DNA of 60,646 bases, from IMG/VR virus record IMGVR_UViG_3300042563_003046, positions 1 through 60,646 of that record; one strand, written 5' to 3'. Of the stretch, positions 28,021 through 38,206 are shown piece after piece; the first letter of the stretch is position 1, and each line of letters begins with the position of its first letter. Position numbers and translations under genes: made by a program. This stretch comes from a virus. Its lineage: Duplodnaviria; Caudoviricetes. The notes beneath the pieces were generated by a model. That model was not told where the DNA came from and searched no databases. It worked only from the letters and a program-made list of their open reading frames with translations.

Positions 28021-30195
28021 ATGACCTCTTATAGATATATAAAAAATCTACGTGATTCCAAAGCAAACAAATCGGGCGACCTAAGCAAGATTCAATCTGT
28101 CGTCCCACCATTCCCAACAAAGCAAGCGTATAGACAATGGTGCGCTGACAATACAACTGATCACGTGTTTTATAGCACGTGTGAAGGACGCGCACCAAGC
28201 AAGCGTATTAGCAACGACAACCCAGTCAACAAGATCTACGGAGTCGTAGCTGACTACGATGCTGCTGTAGACTGGAAGACGCTCGACGACGATATACTCG
28301 CTCGCTTTGGTGTTAACCAACCTACGTGGAGAACAAAAACTCAATCAGGCTACATGCGCTTGGTATGGGAATTTGCTGAACCGATCCCTATTGCTCCTGA
28401 GTTATTCGATACCTTCATGAAGCACATGGACAAGTCGCTAAAACTCAGCCGTGCATTTGCTGGATTTGATAGCACGTCACTTCGAGCTAACCAATACTTC
28501 GAGCTCGGAAGTGAGTGGGTTCAGGTCAACGGTCACCTTGACGGTAACTTCGTGCAGGGAGTCCTTGCCAAAGCGGCTGCTGAGAAGCCCCCACAATCCT
28601 CAGAGACGTCCATTCCAATTGATATCATCGCAGCTGAAGTCGAGAAGAGATTCCCGAATCGATGGGTAGGTGACTTCGAAGTTGGCTCGCGTGGATGCTT
28701 GTTCTGGATCGATGACGGGATTGATCGTGATGGATGCCAAGTAGTTGATGACGGTATGGTCTGCTACAGCGACCGTGCTGGAAAAGGATTCGTAACGTGG
28801 GCTGAGATCTTTGGGTCTTCATTCACGAAAGACTTTGAGCACAAGAAACTATCTACGCTCCTTGACGAATACTGGTTCAACGGCCGTAGCTTTTTTAAGG
28901 TGCTTCACAATAGTGCTGTTACCATACCTAAAGATCAGCTGATGTTGGAATTAAGGCAATCAGGGTTTAGCACAAAGCACAAGCAAGGGCAGCCTTTAAC
29001 GGAAATAGAGAGTGCTATTCTCGTCATAAGTAACCAGAATCGGATTGATGAAATTGCCCCCGTGGTATTCTCGTCAGACCGAGTCGTTTCCTACAATGGC
29101 AGCCGTATCTTGAACTGTGCAAACAACCAACCTGTTGAACCAGATACGGATGGAGATCCCTCAAAGTGGCCATTCCTCCATGCATGGCTGAACCAGTTGT
29201 TTGAAAATAGCGGCACGATTGACTCGATCCAGTATTTCTATGCATGGTTAAAGCGCTTCTACATGGCTGCTTACAACCGCAAGTTCATGCAGGGTCAAGC
29301 ATTCGTCTTGGTCGGGGCGACAGGACGGGGTAAATCCCTACTGTCCAACCGAGTCATAGGCACATTGGTAGGTGGGTTCGCTGATGCTAGCGATTACATC
29401 AGTGGCCAAACTAAGTTTAACAAAGATCTTGGTCGGGTAGCTGCATGGGTGATCGATGATACAACATCCGCTGCGTCCTTTCAGGATCAGCGAAAGGCTA
29501 CTGAATTGCTAAAGAGATCTGTAGCAAACCCACGGGTTGAGTATCAAGCCAAGTATGCAGATGCTCTCTCTGTGCCGTGGACGGGTCGGGTAATTCTCTC
29601 GCTCAACATGGACGCCAATAGCTTGTCTGTTATCCCTTCGCTTGATAGTAGCAATAGAGATAAGCTCATTGCGCTCCGAGTGAGAGATGATGCAAGGTCT
29701 GACTTCCCCGACAACCAGATTCTTGAGCAGATGATCGCTGATGAACTTCCGCACTTTGCCAGATTCTTGATTGACTTCATCGTGCCCTCGGGGGTTCGAG
29801 ATGTAGGACGCTTCGGTGTGCAGAGCTTCATCGACCCATCGATTGCTGATGCTGCCTACGACAACAGTCACCGCAGTGCAATCGCAGAGTTAGTAGAGTT
29901 CTTCACTAAGCGCTGCAGAGACCTAAATGAGAACATGCAAATCTGGCGTGGAACGCTTACTGAGTTCCAAGTTGCATTGCATGATTTCAACAATGGCCGC
30001 AGCGTAGGTATGAGTAGTAACCTTGAGTTCGTCCGCCGAGGTATGAGCACTCTGGAAGAAGCCAGTAAGGTCAACTCACGTATACGCCCGATTAGATCGA
30101 GCGGTCACGGTGGTGGCAAGATCTGGCAGATTAACCTGCAGGAGAACTACGATATGAAGACTGATGACATTGACCTTCTAGTCATAGAAGACTGA
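28021..30195 (+). CDS. Primase-helicase (primase-like N-terminus, SF3/D5-like NTPase C-terminus)
   Basis: VVADYD near the N-terminus; Walker A GATGRGKS, Walker B WVIDD, sensor LSLN. Confidence 0.8.
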   Translation: MTSYRYIKNLRDSKANKSGDLSKIQSVVPPFPTKQAYRQWCADNTTDHVFYSTCEGRAPSKRISNDNPVNKIYGVVADYDAAVDWKTLDDDILARFGVNQPTWRTKTQSGYMRLVWEFAEPIPIAPELFDTFMKHMDKSLKLSRAFAGFDSTSLRANQYFELGSEWVQVNGHLDGNFVQGVLAKAAAEKPPQSSETSIPIDIIAAEVEKRFPNRWVGDFEVGSRGCLFWIDDGIDRDGCQVVDDGMVCYSDRAGKGFVTWAEIFGSSFTKDFEHKKLSTLLDEYWFNGRSFFKVLHNSAVTIPKDQLMLELRQSGFSTKHKQGQPLTEIESAILVISNQNRIDEIAPVVFSSDRVVSYNGSRILNCANNQPVEPDTDGDPSKWPFLHAWLNQLFENSGTIDSIQYFYAWLKRFYMAAYNRKFMQGQAFVLVGATGRGKSLLSNRVIGTLVGGFADASDYISGQTKFNKDLGRVAAWVIDDTTSAASFQDQRKATELLKRSVANPRVEYQAKYADALSVPWTGRVILSLNMDANSLSVIPSLDSSNRDKLIALRVRDDARSDFPDNQILEQMIADELPHFARFLIDFIVPSGVRDVGRFGVQSFIDPSIADAAYDNSHRSAIAELVEFFTKRCRDLNENMQIWRGTLTEFQVALHDFNNGRSVGMSSNLEFVRRGMSTLEEASKVNSRIRPIRSSGHGGGKIWQINLQENYDMKTDDIDLLVIED

Positions 30196-30209
30196 CCAGC
30201 ACAAAAGAC

Positions 30210-30250
30210 AAAACCCCGTTGTGCATATCGCGCAGCGGGGTTTTTATTTG
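30210..30250. terminator. Bidirectional intrinsic terminator between convergent operons
   Basis: aaaaccccgttgtgc-atatc-gcgcagcggggttttt. Confidence 0.8.
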
Positions 30251-30287
30251 GTGTAAGATTTGTGTCGCGGGTCAAGACATGCTTTAC

Positions 30288-30800
30288 CTATTTCATACGC
30301 TGTTGCAGGAGATTCTCGTAGCGGTCAGCTTCCGCCCTCATCTCTGGGGTGATCAGCTTAATTGGTATATCGTTACTCAATACGCGTGAAATAAGACTTT
30401 CTCGAAACGCTTGGTCATCAGTAGCATACGGGTCGCGACCCACTTTGAAATGTTGCTCACGCAGCCTCTGGAGATTTTCCGAAATAGGATACTCTGCCAC
30501 AGGATTGTCTGGCATCAATGCACGAGCAGCTTCAATCTTGTAGAGCCCCTCCCGTTTTTCTTCGTCCCCCATATATTTGTTATACGGATTAGATATAATC
30601 GAAATAGGTTCATTTGGGTCAGAGTCGTTATGCCCACCACCAACAACCATACCAGCTACATCTGGTCGCGTTTTGAAGTAAGCGTCATACATCTTCTTCA
30701 TGTGCGGTGGCTCGATAGGATAACCGTATCTTGTTTGTGGGGCAGAAGATTGTGTCACCCGCTTCTCTATCGCTTTTTCAAAACTATATGGATCGGGCAT
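30288..30800 (-). CDS. Hypothetical protein
   Basis: 170-aa ORF at the end of the late operon. Confidence 0.65.
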   Translation of the reverse strand: MPDPYSFEKAIEKRVTQSSAPQTRYGYPIEPPHMKKMYDAYFKTRPDVAGMVVGGGHNDSDPNEPISIISNPYNKYMGDEEKREGLYKIEAARALMPDNPVAEYPISENLQRLREQHFKVGRDPYATDDQAFRESLISRVLSNDIPIKLITPEMRAEADRYENLLQQRMK

Positions 30801-30805
30801 AGTCG

Positions 30806-31369
30806 TTATTTAGTCTTCTGGAAATGCATAGCGTCCCTGCTCCAGAATGCCCCAGCAGCGAGCCAGCCGTGCTTGGCGAATACTTCCATGACACTAAATG
30901 GCATGGTAGCGCTAATAGGCCACGACTGCTTATTAAGATTGGAGTTCGGAATTAGATCGATGGCAGCACCACGAGCATGTAACGAAGGCAGCGAACCACC
31001 ACGCATTACTCGGTTGTTATAGCACCCAGCGTATTCCTTGAGCGCAGCACGACCTTCATCAAAGGTGGCGAGCTCGCGGACAACTGCAAGCAGCGACTCA
31101 GCTACATTTTTGTTGCAGCGAATCGTCTTCACCACCTGACCGTCATACTTTACACCAAGCCCCTTGACATCTATATTGACCAACTGGGACTCATCACCTG
31201 CAGCGCCATAGGCTTTAGTCAAACTAGCCTGATCCGTGTTAGGTGAATCATTATTCGGACACAGACTCTTGAGATACTTCTGGCAGGCAGCAATGGATTT
31301 TTGACCCCAGAACCCATCTGGAGTCGCCCCGATCTTTTCTTGAATTACTTTGATACTAGCCTGATTCAT
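30806..31369 (-). CDS. Endolysin, M15-family peptidase with N-terminal peptidoglycan-binding motif
   Basis: IQEKIGATPDGFWG; YNNRVMRG, SLHARGAAID, DAMHFQ. Confidence 0.88.
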   Translation of the reverse strand: MNQASIKVIQEKIGATPDGFWGQKSIAACQKYLKSLCPNNDSPNTDQASLTKAYGAAGDESQLVNIDVKGLGVKYDGQVVKTIRCNKNVAESLLAVVRELATFDEGRAALKEYAGCYNNRVMRGGSLPSLHARGAAIDLIPNSNLNKQSWPISATMPFSVMEVFAKHGWLAAGAFWSRDAMHFQKTK

Positions 31370-32319
31370 TAGACAATATTTGGTATACGCGAGCTCACGC
31401 CAGAAGGCATGATGCGAAGTTTAGGTTTAGCAGCGCCACGAGCTTCATCGAGTTCTGCGTCGAGTAGCTGAGAACAAATTGTCCAGTGATATTGTGCGCG
31501 TTCTAAGTCTGCGTTGTCCTCGGCAATCATTCCTAATAGACCATGTTTGATAGCATTAAGGTTTCCTAAGTAAATGAAATCATCCTCGGTCAATACAGTT
31601 TCCCACGAACGCTTTAGTAATAGACGAACCACTCGGGTAGCCCCAGAGTTATTAGCAAAACGGAAGCGTCTGTATCGGGCAATTCCATCACCCCGAACTG
31701 TAGCGAGGGAGGTCTCGAATTCATCTTCGACTCGGATATCAACTGGTGTGAAAACTCCCTCGAAGTAAATAGAAGTAATTTCAACCCACGTATCATAGTC
31801 ACTGATCATCTGAGCTGATCCGTCTAGATTAAATACTTCGGTTGTCTTAAAAGTCTTATCAGTGTTCGATCCATTACTACGCCACCCCTCAACTGTAATA
31901 GTTCCCTCAGAGGGAAGTAGGTTCGAGTTTGAGGCTACAGGATTCATGGAGAAGGCAAAGAGATCCGTGGTAGAGGCTACAGTGATATCCTCTTTAACTG
32001 CCGTCCACCCGTCATCAACTACTCCAAAGATGGGAGCGACTCCGTCATTGGCGTATCCTGCAATCCGATAGTCGTGCCAGCGAGCCTGTAACTCTACAGG
32101 AGCATCGTCTAATAAGGCGCCTATTAAACCAGCAGAATGCTCTGGCATCGTGAAGTAATCATTGGTAGTCTGGATTGTCCAGTCATACAATAGATCACGC
32201 CACATACCCAACGCATATAGGCGTGGCATGATAAGATTTAACTTGGATACAATGTCTTCATCTGGGCGAACGTATCCAGATAGCGCTTTTGTTATGGCCT
32301 TGACAGTCAGAGCGGGCAT
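31369..32319 (-). CDS. Putative virion structural protein (adaptor/tail-tube-like)
   Basis: Long late-operon ORF; ATG 32319 lies 6 nt after a -10 box. Confidence 0.5.
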   Translation of the reverse strand: MPALTVKAITKALSGYVRPDEDIVSKLNLIMPRLYALGMWRDLLYDWTIQTTNDYFTMPEHSAGLIGALLDDAPVELQARWHDYRIAGYANDGVAPIFGVVDDGWTAVKEDITVASTTDLFAFSMNPVASNSNLLPSEGTITVEGWRSNGSNTDKTFKTTEVFNLDGSAQMISDYDTWVEITSIYFEGVFTPVDIRVEDEFETSLATVRGDGIARYRRFRFANNSGATRVVRLLLKRSWETVLTEDDFIYLGNLNAIKHGLLGMIAEDNADLERAQYHWTICSQLLDAELDEARGAAKPKLRIMPSGVSSRIPNIV

Positions 32320-32370
32320 CGACAAAAGGTAAACATATGTGCACCAAAAGTCAACACCATTCTACTAGGC

Positions 32371-32739
32371 TCAATCGTCTTCGACCGCTATGATTTGCAC
32401 TCGGCAAGGAGACGTAGATGCAGTAGCATACAGCGTAGACGTCTGCGGCGATATAACGCAACAATCGCTCGGCAAGATTTTTATGCGCCACTCGTCATGT
32501 GCGCTATCTCCGCCTACGTATACCACATTGGTAGTGTCAAGATTCTTAATAATCAGGGTGCGCGGGCTTCCGCTAACGCTACCAAATTCTAGCAAATCAA
32601 TGGTAGACTCCGAGATCAACTGCGTTCCTTGGAACGTATCGCTCCCATACATATCAAAAAAGTTGCGGTTAGCAAAACTTACGGTCGCTCCGTTTTTCGT
32701 TGCTGAAAATTTGATGTCCTGAATGATCTCATTAGCCAT
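32371..32739 (-). CDS. Hypothetical beta-rich virion protein
   Basis: LIIKNLDTTNVVYVG motif, common in phage structural regions. Confidence 0.6.
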   Translation of the reverse strand: MANEIIQDIKFSATKNGATVSFANRNFFDMYGSDTFQGTQLISESTIDLLEFGSVSGSPRTLIIKNLDTTNVVYVGGDSAHDEWRIKILPSDCCVISPQTSTLYATASTSPCRVQIIAVEDD

Positions 32740-32745
32740 GTCCAG

Positions 32746-32773
32746 ATCATACCATATGAGCCATTATTGTCAA
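32746..32773 (-). promoter_or_regulatory. Sigma70-like promoter (probably leaderless transcript)
   Basis: TTGACA-N16-TATGAT, 6 nt before ATG 32739. Confidence 0.7.
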
Positions 32774-32779
32774 TATGCT

Positions 32780-33373
32780 CTACGAGGTAAACTTCTGCTG
32801 GTAAGTTAATCGGGTAGTTGGATCTTTGTCGCATCCAAGGTGGATGACACAAGCGTCTTCCTGACCTTCATACGTCGAGGCTCTACGCGCAGTCCCTACA
32901 GGCAGCGTATAGATGTCATTAGGAAATCTCGTTCGAGCAAGCCACATAAGGTGCTGATCCTCTTCCATTCGTTGGCATGACTTGCAAGGTTCTTGCACGG
33001 ACAATTGTAGAATAGCTCTTTTGGTCATCGAGTATCCGAGGCCTAGCACGAAGTGTGGATTGAATGTCCATTGGATTCCAGCTAGCGAGTGCTCTGTATT
33101 AAACAAGTATGGCTTGATGTGCCATGAATCGGCATCAATCTTAGCAACTCGGTCGCTGCAGGTCAGATACATAGCCTTAAGAATATCCTGCGTAATCCAG
33201 TTAGTCTTCCAGCGTAGGTTGCCCACTGTAGGCATGGTAGTATCTGGTGGATTCTTGCTACACGGTGCTACATATACAGATGCTTCAGGATATACCGAGG
33301 CCAAGTTCTTCTCCAAGGCTGGAAGAAGAACCTCGTCCTGTTTATTACAACAAATGATAATCGAAGAGGTCAT
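32780..33373 (-). CDS. Putative GT-A glycosyltransferase-like protein
   Basis: VAKIDADS (DxD), GLGYSMT, MEEDQ, VIH pattern of galactosyl/fringe-like transferases. Confidence 0.55.
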   Translation of the reverse strand: MTSSIIICCNKQDEVLLPALEKNLASVYPEASVYVAPCSKNPPDTTMPTVGNLRWKTNWITQDILKAMYLTCSDRVAKIDADSWHIKPYLFNTEHSLAGIQWTFNPHFVLGLGYSMTKRAILQLSVQEPCKSCQRMEEDQHLMWLARTRFPNDIYTLPVGTARRASTYEGQEDACVIHLGCDKDPTTRLTYQQKFTS

Positions 33374-34506
33374 GGTATTGCCTCTCCTGAGCACATGGGA
33401 ACTTCTATCTGGACAGTATTGTCCGTCTCAGGCCAATCATCTATACTAGTATTAACTGCAGATAGCATCCCGCTGACAAAAATAAATCTGCCAAGCTGGG
33501 TTGGAATTCCCACTGGGTCTCCGTATATATCAGTAGCTTGGCAATCTGTAAATCTAAGATCACCAGATAATCCAGTAGGGTGATAAATATGTGACCCCAT
33601 GGCAAATGGGGTCACCTGATTGCCACCGTTAAATTCAGCTAGCTTATAATAGTAATTACCCAGAAGAATTGGGTCAGCCCCAATAGACATGGTAGACGAA
33701 GGCACTATCGCGAAGTCAACATATGATATACTACCATATACGTTTGATTGAACGTTAACAGCTACCATTTCACCAACCTCAATTGGCTGATCTAGAAAAG
33801 GCGGCAAGTAGTGGTGATCTAATGCATCCGCCATAGGGTATTGTAATTTTCTTTCAACCACGCACCCACCATTGACGTTAACCTTATACGTAGTAACTGG
33901 CAAACCATCTACCTCGGTTGTTTCACTAGTAAGAAAAACATAGAATGGTGGAATGGCAGCTTCTGTATGGTAAATATGTGAACCCATCAAAAATGGTTTT
34001 ACCTCCAGATCATCTTCTCCTTCTTCTAGCTCAGCTAGTTTGTAATGAAATCTGTTACCAACAATTGGCAGTGTAATCTTTGGCAATACTTGTAGCTCGG
34101 CCGAAGCGGCGTCGATAATACCCTCTGCGTTTTCTGTAAACGTAGCAAAGATTGCTTCGGTTATGGTAATGGGAAACTCTTTCGGATCTCCCGCTTCAAA
34201 AAAATTATTACACAAATGGTAAGTCAGCGCATCAGGTTCGCCCCTTGATCGGTTTTTCTCAGCAATATACCCTTCAGCAACTGTTACCTTATAATTGGAT
34301 ACAGGCTGATCTTCGCCATCTACCACCTCAATTGTGATCTCCTCACGCAGCGTAACAAAAAATGGGGGTGGTCTATCCTCTAGATCACTATAGGGATTCC
34401 TTGCATACTGGTCAATTTGAGTTTGGTTATAATTAAAATTCTGAAGGCGAAACTCAGCATTAGTCAGTTGTTGCTGAGCCCACTTGATACTATCAAATTC
34501 GTTCAT
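33370..34506 (-). CDS. Hypothetical tail protein with tandem domain duplication
   Basis: PPF..YKV..DAL..YKLAE..PF.MGSHIYH occurs twice. Confidence 0.6.
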   Translation of the reverse strand: MNEFDSIKWAQQQLTNAEFRLQNFNYNQTQIDQYARNPYSDLEDRPPPFFVTLREEITIEVVDGEDQPVSNYKVTVAEGYIAEKNRSRGEPDALTYHLCNNFFEAGDPKEFPITITEAIFATFTENAEGIIDAASAELQVLPKITLPIVGNRFHYKLAELEEGEDDLEVKPFLMGSHIYHTEAAIPPFYVFLTSETTEVDGLPVTTYKVNVNGGCVVERKLQYPMADALDHHYLPPFLDQPIEVGEMVAVNVQSNVYGSISYVDFAIVPSSTMSIGADPILLGNYYYKLAEFNGGNQVTPFAMGSHIYHPTGLSGDLRFTDCQATDIYGDPVGIPTQLGRFIFVSGMLSAVNTSIDDWPETDNTVQIEVPMCSGEAIP

Positions 34507-36539
34507 GCGGGTATTGTAATACTATATTCGCGAATGACAAACCCATTTTTATATGGAGTTGCATCAAATCGGGCTAGGAATGTTATGCCCTTGTAGGTAG
34601 GTGGAGTAGTGGCAGGAATAGATATAGTGCCAACAGCATACTTATATCTTGGATCCTTTGTCCCTGTAGTCCAAACTACACTGAGGTCTTCGTGCAAAGT
34701 GGCGCCCAAATTCAAACCACCCCACGGAGTTGTGAAGGAAACTGGTTTCGGCCGAAACATTTGCAGGTCACCCATCGAAGGGACGAGTGGAGTCTCCGTG
34801 TAATATTCTGTTACCATACATGGGAATGTCCCAGATAAACCTTCCTCTACTCGTGGCTCGAAGTGTGTTTCGATGCCCCCGTTTCTTAATGGGAATGCGG
34901 TGACCTCGATGCTTAGAAGAATGCTGGGTAGGTTATACTGGATAACAGAGGCATATGTTCTAGGAGTAACGCTCGGGGTAATAATCGTGGACGAATTCTC
35001 GTATACTCGAATATCGTCTAATTGATAAATGACGCGAGAAGTTGAATTTGCTTCTGGGCTAGCTGGGGTCTCATCGCTGTAGTAAGTTGTTACCTCTTCT
35101 GTCAGCAAAGCATTAGTCTCTACTGCGCTAATGAATGGAGTATCATTGATGGTCAACGATGGATTCTCGTTTAAGAAAACGCTAGTGACTCCATTAGTCC
35201 AAACCTGACGCGATCTAAGACCACTCGATGATGTAGAATATACACCGCTCCATGTTAGCGCACCCCAGATTTGAGGATCTACATCTTGCGATGTCCCTGC
35301 TGCGGCTACTTCTACGGTAGAGGATTCGTAAACAGTCGTCATGCTGTCTTTGAAAATCAGACGTGTATTACCACCCTGTTCGAAATCAGGAGTTAACGTG
35401 AAGTTGGTGGTCTCAGTAATAGCACCCCAGCTCTGAGAAATTGTGTCAGATCCCTTGAGACCAGTTACTCCCTCTGTAGTAACCGCAGTATTACGGTGAA
35501 TGTTGAGTTCTCCAGCACGGTATACGAGCTCAGAAGAGACGTCACCAACCTCAGGTAGCGACTCGGTATTGCTAACAGTAGTCTCACGAGTCGTGATTAA
35601 GTAAGCAGATCGATTGATGGATGATTCTAGCGATCCCGCATTTAACTGGTATTGAAGCTGCGTAGTCTCAGCTTGAACTCGGTCTGGTGTTTCTCTTTTG
35701 TATGTGAGCCCAATGGTATCACCAGACAAGGTAATTGGATCAGGAATCGAGGCTACCTTTTCTGTGAAAGTAGTGCTCTGAAGATTATCAAAGTAGATGA
35801 GTGGTGGGATTCCAGCAGGAGGAGTTCCAACCGAGATATCAACTGGTGATGGCCAGCTTGCAACTTGACGAGTAGTTTTGACTGCTTGTCCATTACCAAG
35901 AGGCTCGACACGAGAAGAGATGATATTAATCCCCGTATCGACTGCAGCATCGTCAGGAACGACAGCTGTTACAGTATCGTTGATGGTAACAATTTCGCCA
36001 TAAGTAACACCGCTCGACGAGTTGGGCTTAAGGTATATCAATTGCTGCACTACAAATAAGCTATCGAGCTCCTGCTCCCCGATTCGTTTTTGGGTTACAT
36101 CATACAGGAACCAATCTCCTTGGAACTGTCCTTCTGGGAGATCAGGCATAGCAGATCCTATTTCTAGGTTTACTGCTTCTGGGTCAAAGTTACTGCGTAA
36201 AATAACATAAGTCCGAGTAACCGTGTCTACAAGGCGCCCACCGATCTGGGTATTAGCATACTCAAAATTGTAAGCATCTTGATTATCTCGCTCGGCCGCA
36301 TAGTAGTAACGGAAGAATCTACCCTGCTGATCTTGTCCATTAGCGGCATCACTAGACGTAATCAAGACGAGCTTATGATGTGGCCATGAGCGGGGATCAG
36401 GATGCGGGGTTCCGTATTCTGGGACATTTTTCTCCCCGATACGTTGCGCATCTACGCGCTCATAAAATAAAATATCGCCCACATCGGGAGATACAAAGGA
36501 GATTACGCGTTGCCGTTGTGGTGTGGGGTCGAGTGACAT
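34503..36539 (-). CDS. Putative tail protein
   Basis: Long Thr/Ser-rich beta ORF in the structural operon. Confidence 0.55.
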   Translation of the reverse strand: MSLDPTPQRQRVISFVSPDVGDILFYERVDAQRIGEKNVPEYGTPHPDPRSWPHHKLVLITSSDAANGQDQQGRFFRYYYAAERDNQDAYNFEYANTQIGGRLVDTVTRTYVILRSNFDPEAVNLEIGSAMPDLPEGQFQGDWFLYDVTQKRIGEQELDSLFVVQQLIYLKPNSSSGVTYGEIVTINDTVTAVVPDDAAVDTGINIISSRVEPLGNGQAVKTTRQVASWPSPVDISVGTPPAGIPPLIYFDNLQSTTFTEKVASIPDPITLSGDTIGLTYKRETPDRVQAETTQLQYQLNAGSLESSINRSAYLITTRETTVSNTESLPEVGDVSSELVYRAGELNIHRNTAVTTEGVTGLKGSDTISQSWGAITETTNFTLTPDFEQGGNTRLIFKDSMTTVYESSTVEVAAAGTSQDVDPQIWGALTWSGVYSTSSSGLRSRQVWTNGVTSVFLNENPSLTINDTPFISAVETNALLTEEVTTYYSDETPASPEANSTSRVIYQLDDIRVYENSSTIITPSVTPRTYASVIQYNLPSILLSIEVTAFPLRNGGIETHFEPRVEEGLSGTFPCMVTEYYTETPLVPSMGDLQMFRPKPVSFTTPWGGLNLGATLHEDLSVVWTTGTKDPRYKYAVGTISIPATTPPTYKGITFLARFDATPYKNGFVIREYSITIPA

Positions 36540-36601
36540 GAAATTGGTAAGCAGATCTTGACAGAGCAATCTGTAATGTCAAGATTTGATATTCAGGCTA
36601 C

Positions 36602-36674
36602 AGGAAGCAGGTGCACGATTCGAACATGCATGGCCTCCTCAGGAAGGCATCTTAACCAATTAGATCAACCTTGC
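36602..36674 (-). pseudogene. tRNA-like element lacking an anticodon
   Basis: GCAAGGT TG ATCT AATTGGTTA AGAT G CCTTC CTGA GGAGG CCAT GCATG TTCGAAT CGTGC ACCTGCT: intact D and T arms, 4-nt anticodon loop. Confidence 0.7.
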
Positions 36675-36696
36675 TATAGTCGTGTAGATATTTATT

Positions 36697-36828
36697 TCAT
36701 TTGGCGTAATACGGTTCTATGATAATTACCCCAGTTGGGGTAGCTGTCAACTTCGCATACTTGCCTTTATATGTCAAGCTGGCACAGGAAGTAAAGAATA
36801 GAATCGTAATTGCTGAGATTGTTTTCAT
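36697..36828 (-). CDS. Small lipoprotein (spanin candidate), 43 aa
   Basis: MKTISAITILFFTSC lipobox; below the ORF-track size cutoff; near holin-like genes. Confidence 0.5.
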   Translation of the reverse strand: MKTISAITILFFTSCASLTYKGKYAKLTATPTGVIIIEPYYAK

Positions 36829-36905
36829 GGTATTGATAGTATGTTAAAGTATTGGTATTGCAATGTTTTTGCTTATGTTCCCGAAACAGATTTCGTTAAC
36901 AAGAA

Positions 36906-37346
36906 TTAACTATATGTGATTTTTATATTCGATTTCTTGCCGTAAAACTTCCAGCCGAAAGCACACACGCCAGCGTAAATGATTCGTGCGTCCCAAGGTG
37001 CGCGGGGCGCGATTAAATCGCGTATCCAACAATCAATCTCTTTACGAGTGAACGGCGTGTTGCGACAACCACCTAGTTGATAACCAAGATCGTGCACTAA
37101 GCCGCCGATCATGTTCGCGGGAGTATCGTTGTAGCACGTTAAGCCATCCCATTCGTAGCCTTCAAAGATCGTCAGTCTGCCGTCGCGGAAGGATGCGATA
37201 TGGTATAGCCCATCATTCGTCCAAACATCAAACGGCTCGATTATGCGACCAATCAGATAGGTTTTTTCTGACTCAAGGCGATATGCCCAGTTGTCAGAGA
37301 GTCTGCCGTCGTCGGAGTAAACTAATTTATTAGTGCTGGTAATCAT
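36906..37346 (-). CDS. DUF1353-like protein
   Basis: GYEWDGLT, GGLVHDLGYQ, TRKEID, IYAGVCAFG. Confidence 0.75.
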   Translation of the reverse strand: MITSTNKLVYSDDGRLSDNWAYRLESEKTYLIGRIIEPFDVWTNDGLYHIASFRDGRLTIFEGYEWDGLTCYNDTPANMIGGLVHDLGYQLGGCRNTPFTRKEIDCWIRDLIAPRAPWDARIIYAGVCAFGWKFYGKKSNIKITYS

Positions 37347-37436
37347 CGTCGTCAAAAAAGTTTGAGCAAACCATACAAACCATGACAACAACAAAAATTG
37401 TAGTCGCAATAATTTTTACATATAAGTGTTGGTCGC

Positions 37437-37634
37437 TCATTGTTCAATTCTGCTTGGTGTTTGGTCAATGTAGCTTCGGGCGGTAATCAAACCTGTCATC
37501 GCCACGGAAAGCATGAATGAGGCGGTCTCGCGCCAATCGGAAAAATTAACTGTTGGCAATCCTGCGCTGGCACTTGTTCCCATCGCAATGAGGATGTATA
37601 AAGATAACCTTGCCATGGATTGTTTTTGATTCAT
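37437..37634 (-). CDS. Small membrane protein (holin candidate)
   Basis: MNQKQSMARLSLYILIAM... with two hydrophobic segments; ATGA-coupled. Confidence 0.55.
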   Translation of the reverse strand: MNQKQSMARLSLYILIAMGTSASAGLPTVNFSDWRETASFMLSVAMTGLITARSYIDQTPSRIEQ

Positions 37635-37816
37635 TTCTTTTTCCGTAAAAGATTGCAGAGGGTGACAATGGAAACGCAAATCAGAAGTATTGTCGAAGAC
37701 GTTTTCAAAGCCCAATCCAGTTGCTCTTGAAACTGAGTAATGACACCCAATGAGGATGCAGCAATGCCGATAAGCCCATTGACGATATTGTATGTCGCAC
37801 TGTGTTCCTCGATCAT
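37631..37816 (-). CDS. Small membrane protein (holin candidate)
   Basis: Two TM-like segments and a basic C-terminus (RKKK). Confidence 0.55.
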   Translation of the reverse strand: MIEEHSATYNIVNGLIGIAASSLGVITQFQEQLDWALKTSSTILLICVSIVTLCNLLRKKK

Positions 37817-37821
37817 AATAT

Positions 37822-38202
<381 letters not shown>

Positions 38203-38206
38203 AAAA

